Positions 9,597-18,873 of a DNA stretch of 64,000 bases are shown here, piece after piece. Location of the stretch: NCBI GenBank assembly GCA_045611765.1, contig JAZKXT010000011.1, forward strand, positions 38,130 to 102,129, written 5' to 3'. This DNA is from Clostridia bacterium (GTDB lineage: Bacteria; Bacillota; Clostridia; TANB77; CAG-465). Both the position numbers and the translations under genes were made by a program. Each line of letters starts with the position of its first letter. Positions within the stretch are counted from its first letter, which is position 1. The notes below the pieces were generated by a model that searched no databases, was not told the DNA's origin, and was given only the letters and a program-made list of their open reading frames with translations.

Positions 9597-9617
9597 TCAT
9601 TTATTATGACGCGCTTT
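9597..9617 (+). repeat. 21-bp direct repeat, copy 2
   Basis: Exact match to 7390-7410. Confidence 0.9.
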
Positions 9618-9640
9618 CATGCTTCTTGTTATAAATTTAA

Positions 9641-9669
9641 TTGACAACAAATAAACTATTGTATATAAT
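9641..9669 (+). promoter_or_regulatory. Sigma-A promoter of glyA-topA
   Basis: TTGACA-17 bp-TATAAT, perfect consensus. Confidence 0.85.
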
Positions 9670-9693
9670 AGTTGAAGTTAGGAGGCTGAGAAT

Positions 9694-10923
9694 ATGTATA
9701 ACAATTTAAAACAATCAGATGAAGAAATATATAACATTCTATTAAAAGAGTGTAAAAGACAAAATGAAAATATAGAGTTAATCGCATCGGAAAACTTTGT
9801 AAGTGATGCAGTTCTTGAAGCAGTAGGAAGTGTCCTTACTAATAAATATGCCGAAGGATATTCTGGAGCAAGATATTATGGTGGATGCGATAATATAGAT
9901 GAAATAGAAACAGTAGCTATAAAAAGAGCTAAAGAGTTATTTGGAGCTGAACATGTCAATGTTCAACCACATAGTGGCTCAAGTGCTAACATGGCTGTAT
10001 ATATGGCAATGTTACAACCTGGAGACACAGTACTTGGGATGGACTTGTCGCAAGGGGGCCATTTAACACATGGAAGTAGAGCAAGTTTTTCTGGTAAACT
10101 ATATAACTTTGTATCATATGGTATAAATGATGAGGGCTTATTAGATTATGACGATGTGCGTAAGAAAGCATTAGAATATAAACCTAAAATGATAGTAGCT
10201 GGAGCTAGTGCGTACCCAAGACAAATAGATTTTGCCAAATTTAGAGAAATAGCAGATGAAGTTGGTGCGCTACTTATGGTGGATATGGCTCATATTGCTG
10301 GTTTAGTATGTGGAGGAGAACATATGTCACCTGTACCATATGCAGATTTTGTAACAACTACAACACATAAGACATTACGTGGACCTCGTGCGGGATTAAT
10401 ACTTTGTAAGTCAAAATATGCAAAAGCTATAGATAAAACAATATTCCCAGGTATACAAGGGGGACCATTAGAGCATGTTATTGCTGGTAAAGCAGTATGT
10501 TTTGGTGAAGCGTTGAAACCAGAATTTAAAGAATATGCACATCAAATAGTGTTAAATGCTAAAGCTTTAGCAAATGGTTTAATAGAAAAAGGATTCAAAT
10601 TAGTATCTAACGGCACAGACAATCACTTGATGTTAATAGATTTAAGGAATAAAGAATTAACAGGAAAACAAGCAACTGAACTTTTAGATAGTATTGGTAT
10701 TACTGTAAATAAAAACTCAGTTCCAAATGACGACCAGCCTGCAAGTGTAACAAGCGGAATAAGAATTGGAACGGCTGCAGTTACAACTAAAGGATTAAAA
10801 GAGCAAGATATGATACTTTTAGCTGAGGCGATAGATTTAGTATTAAGAAAAGAAAATAAAGAGGAAAATATTTTACGAGCAAAAGAGATTGTGAATGTAT
10901 TGCGCGGGAGGTATATTAAATAG
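9694..10923 (+). CDS. glyA: Serine hydroxymethyltransferase
   Basis: [40 protein letters not shown]. Confidence 0.98.
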   Translation: MYNNLKQSDEEIYNILLKECKRQNENIELIASENFVSDAVLEAVGSVLTNKYAEGYSGARYYGGCDNIDEIETVAIKRAKELFGAEHVNVQPHSGSSANMAVYMAMLQPGDTVLGMDLSQGGHLTHGSRASFSGKLYNFVSYGINDEGLLDYDDVRKKALEYKPKMIVAGASAYPRQIDFAKFREIADEVGALLMVDMAHIAGLVCGGEHMSPVPYADFVTTTTHKTLRGPRAGLILCKSKYAKAIDKTIFPGIQGGPLEHVIAGKAVCFGEALKPEFKEYAHQIVLNAKALANGLIEKGFKLVSNGTDNHLMLIDLRNKELTGKQATELLDSIGITVNKNSVPNDDQPASVTSGIRIGTAAVTTKGLKEQDMILLAEAIDLVLRKENKEENILRAKEIVNVLRGRYIK

Positions 10924-12998
10924 TGGCTAAGAAATTAGTAATAGTTGAGTCACCATCGAAAGCAAAAACAATAAAAAAATACCTTGGGAAGGATTACGAA
11001 GTAATTGCGTCCCAAGGACATATTATAGATTTGCCATCTAGTAGATTTGCTGTTGATGTAGACAATGACTTTAAAGCAGAATATATAAAAATGAAAGGTA
11101 AAGCCAAGCTTATAAAAGAGATACATAATGAGGCTAAGGGAAAAGAACAAGTACTTCTTGCGACTGACCCTGACCGTGAGGGAGAAGCTATAGCATGGCA
11201 TTTGAGAAACGAATTAAAAATAGATTCTAAAGATAAATGTAGAATAGAATTTAACGAAATAACAGAATCAGCAGTAAACGAAGCAGTAAAAAAACCAAGA
11301 ACAATAGATATGGATACTGTTGATGCTCAACAAGCAAGAAGGATATTAGATAGAATTGTTGGGTACAAAATAAGCCCACTGTTATGGAAAAAAGTAAAAA
11401 GAGGACTTAGTGCAGGACGTGTACAATCGGTTGCTCTTAGAATAATAATGGATAGAGAAAATGAAATTAGAAACTTTGTCCCAGAAGAATATTGGAATCT
11501 TGATGTATTACTAGAAAAACAAGAGGATAAAAAAACGGTAAATGCTAAATTCTATGGAGATGTTAATGGCAAAATTGATTTAAAAGCAGGTGAGCAGGTA
11601 AAGGCTATTGTAGATAAGATACAAGGTCAAAAATATAAAGTGGTAGATATTAAAGTTACAGAAAAAACAAAAAATCCACCACCGCCATTTACAACATCAT
11701 CAATGCAACAAGATGCATCAAGAAGACTAGGTTTCCCGGTTAAGAAAACAATGATGCTTGCACAAAGGCTTTATGAAGCCGGTTTTATAACATATATGAG
11801 AACAGACTCTACAAGAGTATCTGATGATGCAATAAAAATGGCAAAAGCATATATATGTAAAACATATGGTGAAAACTATTATCTAAATAGAACATATAAA
11901 ACAAAAGCATCAGCACAAGATGCACACGAAGCTATTAGACCTACACATCTTACAGATATTGCTAAAGTTACAGCAGAATTTGGTAAAGATGAAGTAAGAT
12001 TATATAATTTAATATTAAATAGATTTGTTGCAAGTAAAATGGCAGCGTGCATTTATGACTTTACAAAAGTTACATTCAATGTTCAAGATTATATATTTAA
12101 TAGCACAGGTTCTGTTATAAAATTTGATGGATTTATGGCGCTTTACACAGAGTCTAAAGAAGAGGGCAAAAAACAAGACGAAGAAGATTTAGATGAAGAA
12201 TCAAAAGAATTACCAAAACTAGAGATAGGTGAGGTATTAGATGAGAAAAAACTAGATTTCGAGCAGAAGTTTACAGAGCCGCCTTCAAGATATAGCGAAG
12301 CAACTCTTGTTAAAGTGATGGAGGAAAAAGGTATAGGACGTCCTAGTACGTACGCACCTACTATTTCTACTTTAATAGATAGGTTCTATGTAGAAAAAGA
12401 AGGTAGAATGCTTATACCTACAGAACTTGGTGAAGTAGTAAACAATATAATGGTAGAGCATTTTAAAGACATAGTAGATATTGGATTTACTGCAAATATG
12501 GAGGATAAACTAGACTATATTGCAGAAGGTAAGTTGAATTATGTAGAAATGTTAAGAGAGTTCTACACACCTTTTATTACAAACTTGGAAAAAGTAAGCG
12601 ATACAATAGAACACGTAAAACTACAAGAAAAAGAGACAGATGTTGTATGTGAACTATGCGGACGAAACATGGTTATTAAAAGAGGAAGATTTGGTGAGTT
12701 TTTAGCATGCCCAGGATATCCTGAATGTAAAAATGCAAAGCCAATTGTAAACAGTATTAAAGAACCTTGTCCTCATTGTGGTGGCAAGGTATTAACAAGA
12801 AAATCTAAGACTAAACGTACTTTCTATATTTGTGAAAATAACACAAATGATGAAAACAAAAAATGTGATTATATTTCTTGGAACAAACCTGGAACTGAAG
12901 CGAAAAAAACTGTTAGAAGAGCTAAAAAAGCTACAACAAAGAAAACAACTACAGCAAAAAGTAAAACAACAAAAGCAAAGAAAAGTACAAAGAAATAG
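10923..12998 (+). CDS. topA: DNA topoisomerase I
   Basis: IVESPSKAK, ATDPDREGEAI, SAGRVQS, ITYMRTDS, Zn ribbons, Lys-rich tail. Confidence 0.98.
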   Translation: MAKKLVIVESPSKAKTIKKYLGKDYEVIASQGHIIDLPSSRFAVDVDNDFKAEYIKMKGKAKLIKEIHNEAKGKEQVLLATDPDREGEAIAWHLRNELKIDSKDKCRIEFNEITESAVNEAVKKPRTIDMDTVDAQQARRILDRIVGYKISPLLWKKVKRGLSAGRVQSVALRIIMDRENEIRNFVPEEYWNLDVLLEKQEDKKTVNAKFYGDVNGKIDLKAGEQVKAIVDKIQGQKYKVVDIKVTEKTKNPPPPFTTSSMQQDASRRLGFPVKKTMMLAQRLYEAGFITYMRTDSTRVSDDAIKMAKAYICKTYGENYYLNRTYKTKASAQDAHEAIRPTHLTDIAKVTAEFGKDEVRLYNLILNRFVASKMAACIYDFTKVTFNVQDYIFNSTGSVIKFDGFMALYTESKEEGKKQDEEDLDEESKELPKLEIGEVLDEKKLDFEQKFTEPPSRYSEATLVKVMEEKGIGRPSTYAPTISTLIDRFYVEKEGRMLIPTELGEVVNNIMVEHFKDIVDIGFTANMEDKLDYIAEGKLNYVEMLREFYTPFITNLEKVSDTIEHVKLQEKETDVVCELCGRNMVIKRGRFGEFLACPGYPECKNAKPIVNSIKEPCPHCGGKVLTRKSKTKRTFYICENNTNDENKKCDYISWNKPGTEAKKTVRRAKKATTKKTTTAKSKTTKAKKSTKK

Positions 12999-13008
12999 GA
13001 GTTAAAGT

Positions 13009-13872
13009 ATGGATAAAGCAAGTATTGCTGCAAAAAGGGTTGGGATTATTGGAATAATTTCCAACTTCTTTTTGTTATGTGCAAAATTTATAGTAGGAAT
13101 AATTTTTAAATCTCAAGGATTAATTGCTGATGCTGTAAATAGTTTTGGAGATGTTTTTTCTTCAATAATTACATACATTGGTGGTAAAATTTCTGAAAAG
13201 CCAGCAGATGAGGACCATGAATTTGGACATGGAAAAGCAGAATTTGTAGCTTCATTCCTTATAGGAATATTTATGGTAATGGTAAGTATCGATACGTTAT
13301 ATAGTGGAATAATGTCTATTGTAAATAATGAAAAGTTTACTTTTTCATATTTTCTACTTATTGTTCCAATAGTAACTATAATAACTAAAGGGGTATTATG
13401 GGTGTACTGTAGTAAGCAATATAATAAGCATAACTCACTACTTATTCTTTCTAACGCTAAAGACCATAGAAATGATATTATTTTATCTTTAGGTGTAATA
13501 ATAGGAATAGCTTGTGGATATTTTGGATACTACTTTGTAGATGGAATAGTTGGTATTGCAATTTCAGGAGTAATAATAGTTACAGGAGTACAAATTATTA
13601 AAGAAGCCTACGATGTGTTAATAGATAAATGTATAGACATAGAAATAGTTAATGAAATGAAAACTAAAATAGAACAAACAGAAGGGGTAAATCATTTAGA
13701 TAGTATTAAATCTAAACCAACAGGAACTTTACATATGTTAGTAGTTAAAGTGTCTGTAGATCCTGAAATGACGGTAAGAAGGAGTCATAACATTGCTGCT
13801 GAAATACGCAGTAATTTAAGGCAGTATCCAAATGTATATGATGTAGTTGTTCATATAAATCCGGATGAATGA
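13009..13872 (+). CDS. Cation diffusion facilitator transporter
   Basis: LIADAVNS, HEFGHGKAE, DHRND, VVVHINP. Confidence 0.9.
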   Translation: MDKASIAAKRVGIIGIISNFFLLCAKFIVGIIFKSQGLIADAVNSFGDVFSSIITYIGGKISEKPADEDHEFGHGKAEFVASFLIGIFMVMVSIDTLYSGIMSIVNNEKFTFSYFLLIVPIVTIITKGVLWVYCSKQYNKHNSLLILSNAKDHRNDIILSLGVIIGIACGYFGYYFVDGIVGIAISGVIIVTGVQIIKEAYDVLIDKCIDIEIVNEMKTKIEQTEGVNHLDSIKSKPTGTLHMLVVKVSVDPEMTVRRSHNIAAEIRSNLRQYPNVYDVVVHINPDE

Positions 13873-13958
13873 CAAATGATTGAAATTAAATAACTGCTAT
13901 GGTATAATCACTGTAGCAGTTATTTTAAACATCTTTTTTAATAAAAGGAGGTATATCA

Positions 13959-15029
13959 ATGAACAAAGTCTATGAGTACGTAATAACAGGTGGACCTTGC
14001 GCTGGCAAAACAACAGGACTTAGTAAGCTTGATCGGGTATTTACCGATAGGGGTTACAAAGTAATTATTGTTGCGGAGACAGCAACCGAAGTAATAATTT
14101 CTGGCGTAAACCCCAACGAGATCCCTATTATAGAGTTCCAAAGGCTAATTATGGAAAGAGGGAAAAATAAAGAAGAAACTATAAGAAGAGTAGCCAAGGC
14201 ATTTGCAAAAGATGTGATTATTTTTTATGATAGGGGAATGCTGGACAGCAAGGCGTACATGGATTATAACGATTTTATCCTAGTAATAAAAGAGATTGGC
14301 TTGACAGAAACCGAAGCGCGAGATAATTATGATGCAGTATTTCATTTAGTGACTGCAGCTATAGGAGCTTTGGAGTATTATACCACTATTAACAATGAGG
14401 CGAGAAGTGAAACACCAGAGCAAGCGGCAATATTAGATACAAAGACAAGAGATGCCTGGCTTGGACATCGCCATTTAAGAGTAATAGATAATTCAACTGG
14501 TTTTAGTGATAAAATTGATAGACTCATTAAGGAGGTATTTGTAGCAATGGGAGTTCCTACACCAATTGAAACTGAAAGAAAGTTTTTAATTAAATTGCCG
14601 TCTGAAGAACAACTTAAAGCTCATCAGACAGTTAAGTCGCACATAGTGCAAACGTACCTCAAGCGTACAGACCCGGAAGTGGAAAGACGGGTAAGACAAA
14701 GGGGTATTAATGGAGAGTTTTCGTATTATTATACGGAAAAGAAAAAATTATCCGATTGTAGTAGAGATGAAGTTGAAAGAAGAATTACAAAAGACGAATA
14801 CCTTTCGCTCCTTGTAGAAGGAATAGCAACAGTTAGGAAAGACAGATATTGTTTCTTTTATGAAAATCAATATTTTGAATTAGACGTATATCCTGATTGG
14901 GAAAATGAAGCTATTTTGGAAATCGAACTTACTTCTGAAGGCCAAGAGGTAAAGTTGCCTTGTTGGTTAGATGTTATTAAGGAAGTAACGGGGGACGATA
15001 GATATAAAAACGCAAATTTGGCAAAGTAA
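13959..15029 (+). CDS. AAA/NTPase plus CYTH-domain protein
   Basis: ITGGPCAGKTT P-loop, DRG, C-terminal ETERKFL and EIEL CYTH motifs. Confidence 0.8.
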   Translation: MNKVYEYVITGGPCAGKTTGLSKLDRVFTDRGYKVIIVAETATEVIISGVNPNEIPIIEFQRLIMERGKNKEETIRRVAKAFAKDVIIFYDRGMLDSKAYMDYNDFILVIKEIGLTETEARDNYDAVFHLVTAAIGALEYYTTINNEARSETPEQAAILDTKTRDAWLGHRHLRVIDNSTGFSDKIDRLIKEVFVAMGVPTPIETERKFLIKLPSEEQLKAHQTVKSHIVQTYLKRTDPEVERRVRQRGINGEFSYYYTEKKKLSDCSRDEVERRITKDEYLSLLVEGIATVRKDRYCFFYENQYFELDVYPDWENEAILEIELTSEGQEVKLPCWLDVIKEVTGDDRYKNANLAK

Positions 15030-15030
15030 A

Positions 15031-15062
15031 AAATAAAGGCATCCTTTTGGATGCCTTTATTT
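15031..15062. terminator. Bidirectional terminator between the CYTH gene and the tRNA
   Basis: aaataaaggcatcc-tttt-ggatgcctttattt. Confidence 0.85.
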
Positions 15063-15137
15063 GGTGCGACATCGGGGGCTCGAACCCCGGACCAATAGAT
15101 TAAGAGTCTACTGCTCTACCAACTGAGCTAATGTCAC
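15062..15137 (-). tRNA. tRNA-Lys(CTT)
   Basis: Reverse complement GTGACATTAGCTCAGTTGGTAGAGCAGTAGACTCTTAATCTATTGGTCCGGGGTTCGAGCCCCCGATGTCGCACCA: 76 nt, anticodon CTT, encoded CCA. Confidence 0.97.
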
Positions 15138-15298
15138 GTTATTACGAAATTAATTATAACAAAAACATATTAGAAAGTAAAGAAAAAAATCGAAAAAATT
15201 TGTCAAACAATATATTTTCAGCAATTTACTTTAGGAACTACATAAAAATAAGATAATAGAAAAACACAACCGATTCATTTGAACCGGTTGTATTTAAT

Positions 15299-15880
15299 TT
15301 AGTTGTGATGTTTATGGAGAGCTATTTTGTGGTAAGATTTAGAGAGGACGCGATCTTCGAGGTCGGGTTCTAATACGCCTTCATTAATAGCACGATTGAG
15401 AATCTGGCTAATAGAAGAGTGGCAGATACCATATGAAAAAGCGATGTCTCTGTGAGTTATGCGAGGATTACTTACATAAAGTTTTGCTATAATAATAACA
15501 ACTCTTTTGGGGGTAGCTGAGCCTAAACTTTTTCTGTTGAAAACTAGTTTGCGATAGAGTTTATCTATTACAGCATCAGATAAACCTTTTTGCCTTTCAT
15601 CGTCTATAAAAGCAGAAACTAACTGAATAAAGGCGTGTTCTTTTATTCCGTAAAGTTTGGCAAAATTTGCAGCTGTCAAATTAGATTTATAGAACAGACA
15701 TGTTAGTTCATTTGAAAGTTTATGACGAATAGAGGGTAAATAAGAGCTTTCGGGATGATGCTCAATAAAACGAAAAATGGCTTTGGGAATATCTGTTATG
15801 GGAATGTCGAGGTCTTCAGCTGTAGAAGCGATTGTGGCGCTTCGGCTAAGATATTCAAAAGTGATTTGGGAAGCGTTCAT
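15299..15880 (-). CDS. Hypothetical protein with C-terminal helix-turn-helix-like motif
   Basis: 193 aa; ITHRDIAFSYGICHSSISQILNR; RBS AGGAG. Confidence 0.65.
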   Translation of the reverse strand: MNASQITFEYLSRSATIASTAEDLDIPITDIPKAIFRFIEHHPESSYLPSIRHKLSNELTCLFYKSNLTAANFAKLYGIKEHAFIQLVSAFIDDERQKGLSDAVIDKLYRKLVFNRKSLGSATPKRVVIIIAKLYVSNPRITHRDIAFSYGICHSSISQILNRAINEGVLEPDLEDRVLSKSYHKIALHKHHN

Positions 15881-15882
15881 TT

Positions 15883-16344
15883 TTATTCTCCTTTTAATTC
15901 GCTTATGCGATTCTTTAGTCTAAACAGTTTATTTTGTATTTGAGAAATTTCACGTTCCAAAGAGTTTTTTGCCGGAGCGGATTGTTCACCGAAAAAGAAC
16001 TGGTCATAAGTTTCTAACTTGTACTGCAGCTCTCTTAAAAGACTAGTTTGATATTCGTATTCTTGCTCTACGATGGCTAGTAACCGTAGATCCAGTGCTT
16101 TTTTCCAACGGGCCTGTGTCTGCCGTACGTTTTCTGTGCTTTCGCAAACTTTAGTTGCTACTGCAACTGCGGTTATTTCGTCCAAAACTTGTTCCACTAC
16201 GCCACGAAACAAAATATCGGAAATGGTGCCAGCTGAAGAACTATATTTCTTTGCAAGTTTGTGCATAGTAACATAATCTTCAAGGTATTCCCGGGCGAGT
16301 TTGGAAATGAATTCGGGACTTACACGAGCTACATATAGTGCCAT
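15883..16344 (-). CDS. Hypothetical protein (HTH-like N-terminus, coiled-coil C-terminus)
   Basis: 153 aa; TMHKLAKKYSSSAGTISDIL; RBS AGGAGG. Confidence 0.65.
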   Translation of the reverse strand: MALYVARVSPEFISKLAREYLEDYVTMHKLAKKYSSSAGTISDILFRGVVEQVLDEITAVAVATKVCESTENVRQTQARWKKALDLRLLAIVEQEYEYQTSLLRELQYKLETYDQFFFGEQSAPAKNSLEREISQIQNKLFRLKNRISELKGE

Positions 16345-16556
16345 ATTTTCCTCCTTACTTAAATTATTAAATACTTATTAAAAAACAATATAGTAAATTG
16401 TTTTTTAATTAAACTTACAATATCATTATAACATAATATTAGACAAATAGCAAGCAAAGTAGACATAATGTAAAACGTAGGCGGTAAAAAGAATTTTGTA
16501 AAAGTTGAAATAACGTAATATATATGGTATAATTCTAATTGTTGTAATACAATGTA

Positions 16557-17480
16557 ATGGGTGAATTTATGGAAATAAATTTTAAAGATATTGAAAATTA
16601 TATAGACGGTTCAAAAGTAAGATATGATGAACCAATGAAAAAACACACTACATTAAAAGTGGGAGGAAACGCAGATGTTTTAGTCGTTCCTGAAACTGTT
16701 GATGATGTTATAAGTGTGATGAAATTTGCAAAGAAAGTTAAAAGTCCAGTTACCGTTGTAGGTAATGGTAGCAAACTTTTAGTAAAAGATGGTGGAATTA
16801 GAGGTATAGTAATTAAATTTGGAAGCAAATTTTCAGATGTTGAAATAGATGGAGAATATATTACAGTAGCGTCTGGAATGACTTTGCCTCGTCTTGCAAT
16901 TATAGCTAAAGACAACTCACTTTCTGGATTAGAATTTGCGGCAGGTATTCCAGGAAACGTAGGTGGAGCTGTGTATATGAATGCTGGTGCTTATGGTTCA
17001 GAAATGGCAAATATTGTTGACCAAGTTACTTATCTAGATGAGAATTTTGAAGTACAAACTATTACAAATGAACAATGTGAATTCGCATATAGAAAGAGTA
17101 TATTTAGAAAAAATAACAATGTAATATTATCTACTAAATTGAAATTGACTCAAGGAAATAAAAAAGAAATTGACGAACTAATGAAGCAAAACCAAACATC
17201 AAGAAAAGAAAAACAACCAATAGAATATCCTAGTGCTGGAAGTACATTTAAAAGACCAGAAGGATATTTCGTAGGAAAACTTATAGATGATTTGGGGCTT
17301 AAGGGATATACGATTGGTGGAGCGCAAGTATCTACTAAGCATTCTGGCTTTATAATAAACACAGGAAATGCTAAAGCAAAAGATGTTTTGGATTTAATAG
17401 AATATATTAAACAAAAGGTACTAAAGACAAACAATGTAAAACTTGAAGAAGAAATAATAATACTTGGAGAAGGAGAATAA
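16557..17480 (+). CDS. murB: UDP-N-acetylenolpyruvoylglucosamine reductase
   Basis: HTTLKVGG, GIPGNVGGAVYMNAGAYG, PSAGSTFKRP. Confidence 0.97.
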   Translation: MGEFMEINFKDIENYIDGSKVRYDEPMKKHTTLKVGGNADVLVVPETVDDVISVMKFAKKVKSPVTVVGNGSKLLVKDGGIRGIVIKFGSKFSDVEIDGEYITVASGMTLPRLAIIAKDNSLSGLEFAAGIPGNVGGAVYMNAGAYGSEMANIVDQVTYLDENFEVQTITNEQCEFAYRKSIFRKNNNVILSTKLKLTQGNKKEIDELMKQNQTSRKEKQPIEYPSAGSTFKRPEGYFVGKLIDDLGLKGYTIGGAQVSTKHSGFIINTGNAKAKDVLDLIEYIKQKVLKTNNVKLEEEIIILGEGE

Positions 17481-17483
17481 AAC

Positions 17484-18836
17484 ATGAGAACGTTTTTAGA
17501 ATGGTTAAAACCTGGAATTAAGGTAAAAAGATATATAGTATTGCAGCTCATATCAATAGCTACGCTTATATATTCAGTAATATCTCTTCAAACGAGAGAC
17601 ATACTTTTACCTAAAATACTTATAGCATATATTGCGTTAATTACATTATCGTTATTTTTAACAATATATTCATTTTTATTAGCACAAAGAAATGTATTAA
17701 AAGTAACTCTTAAAAATATGGCATATAAGGATAAGAATGTAGATATACGTAGATTGCTATATACAGAGACTATGTTAAAAAAAGGTCCTAAAGTTGTTAT
17801 GATAGGTGGTGGAAAAGGCCTTTCAAACATATTAAGTGGACTTAAAGAATATACATCAAACATTACATCAATTGTAGCGACGTTTGATGATGGTGGTTCT
17901 ACAGGAAGATTAATGCAAGAAATGGATATTTTACCACCAGGAGATATACGTAGAAGCATAATAGCACTTTCTCAATCTGAACCAGCAATGGAAAAATTAT
18001 TAAGTTATAGATTCCAAGATGGCAAGGTAAACAACCATTCCTTAGGCAACCTAATAATTGTTGCAATGACAGAAATTATGGGTGGTTTTGCACCGGCTAT
18101 ACAAAAATTGTCTAGCATATTTAATGTAAAAGGTAAGATATTACCAGTATCATTAGATAAGGCAAAATTATGTGCTGGATTAGAAAATGGAGAGATTGTT
18201 GTAGGTGAAGACAATATACGTCCAAGAGTTCTAGAATCAAAGAGCAGAATAAAACAAATCTTTTTAAAAGATACTGAAGCACATCCAGCTCCAGGTGTTC
18301 TTGAAGCAATAGCTGAAGCAGATGTTATTGTAATAGGGCCAGGAAGCTTGTATACAAGCGTTATATGTAACTTGCTTGTTAATGATATAGGAAAAGCTAT
18401 TATTCAAAGTAAAGCTAAAAAAGTAATGATAGCAAACTTAATGAATGAACCAGGAGAAACTTTAGGATATACTTTAGCGAAACATGTAAACGAAGTTGAA
18501 AGATATTTAGGAAAACATGCTATGGATTATGTAATTGCTAATAATGGTGAAATTACTGAGGATATGATATACGACTTTAACCAAGGAGCATCAACTCCAG
18601 TAACTATAGATTTAGAAAACATACAGAACAGAACAATTTCTGTTATAGAAGAGGACTTTGTAATAACAGCACCTAATTCTATACTTCATGATAATCTAAG
18701 AGTAGCTGAAATATTAATAGAAATTGCTAAATCTAAAAGCATAGGTTCTCTAAACCTTTTAAAAAGCAAAAATAAAAAAGAAAGAGTTAGTTTTAAAAAG
18801 AAAGTAGCAAGACTTTTTAAAAAGAAAACTAAATAA
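17484..18836 (+). CDS. YvcK/GlmR (UPF0052) family protein with N-terminal TM helices
   Basis: DDGGSTG, PPGDIR, HSLGNL, GPGSLYTS. Confidence 0.9.
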   Translation: MRTFLEWLKPGIKVKRYIVLQLISIATLIYSVISLQTRDILLPKILIAYIALITLSLFLTIYSFLLAQRNVLKVTLKNMAYKDKNVDIRRLLYTETMLKKGPKVVMIGGGKGLSNILSGLKEYTSNITSIVATFDDGGSTGRLMQEMDILPPGDIRRSIIALSQSEPAMEKLLSYRFQDGKVNNHSLGNLIIVAMTEIMGGFAPAIQKLSSIFNVKGKILPVSLDKAKLCAGLENGEIVVGEDNIRPRVLESKSRIKQIFLKDTEAHPAPGVLEAIAEADVIVIGPGSLYTSVICNLLVNDIGKAIIQSKAKKVMIANLMNEPGETLGYTLAKHVNEVERYLGKHAMDYVIANNGEITEDMIYDFNQGASTPVTIDLENIQNRTISVIEEDFVITAPNSILHDNLRVAEILIEIAKSKSIGSLNLLKSKNKKERVSFKKKVARLFKKKTK

Positions 18837-18873
18837 ATTATTAAGCTTACACAAGTTGCCTTTGAGGTGAAAA

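Noticed and set aside
15062-16500. Genomic island integrated at tRNA-Lys
   Set aside because: No duplicated tRNA 3' end and no integrase; the odd genes lie upstream of the tRNA rather than at its 3' end.
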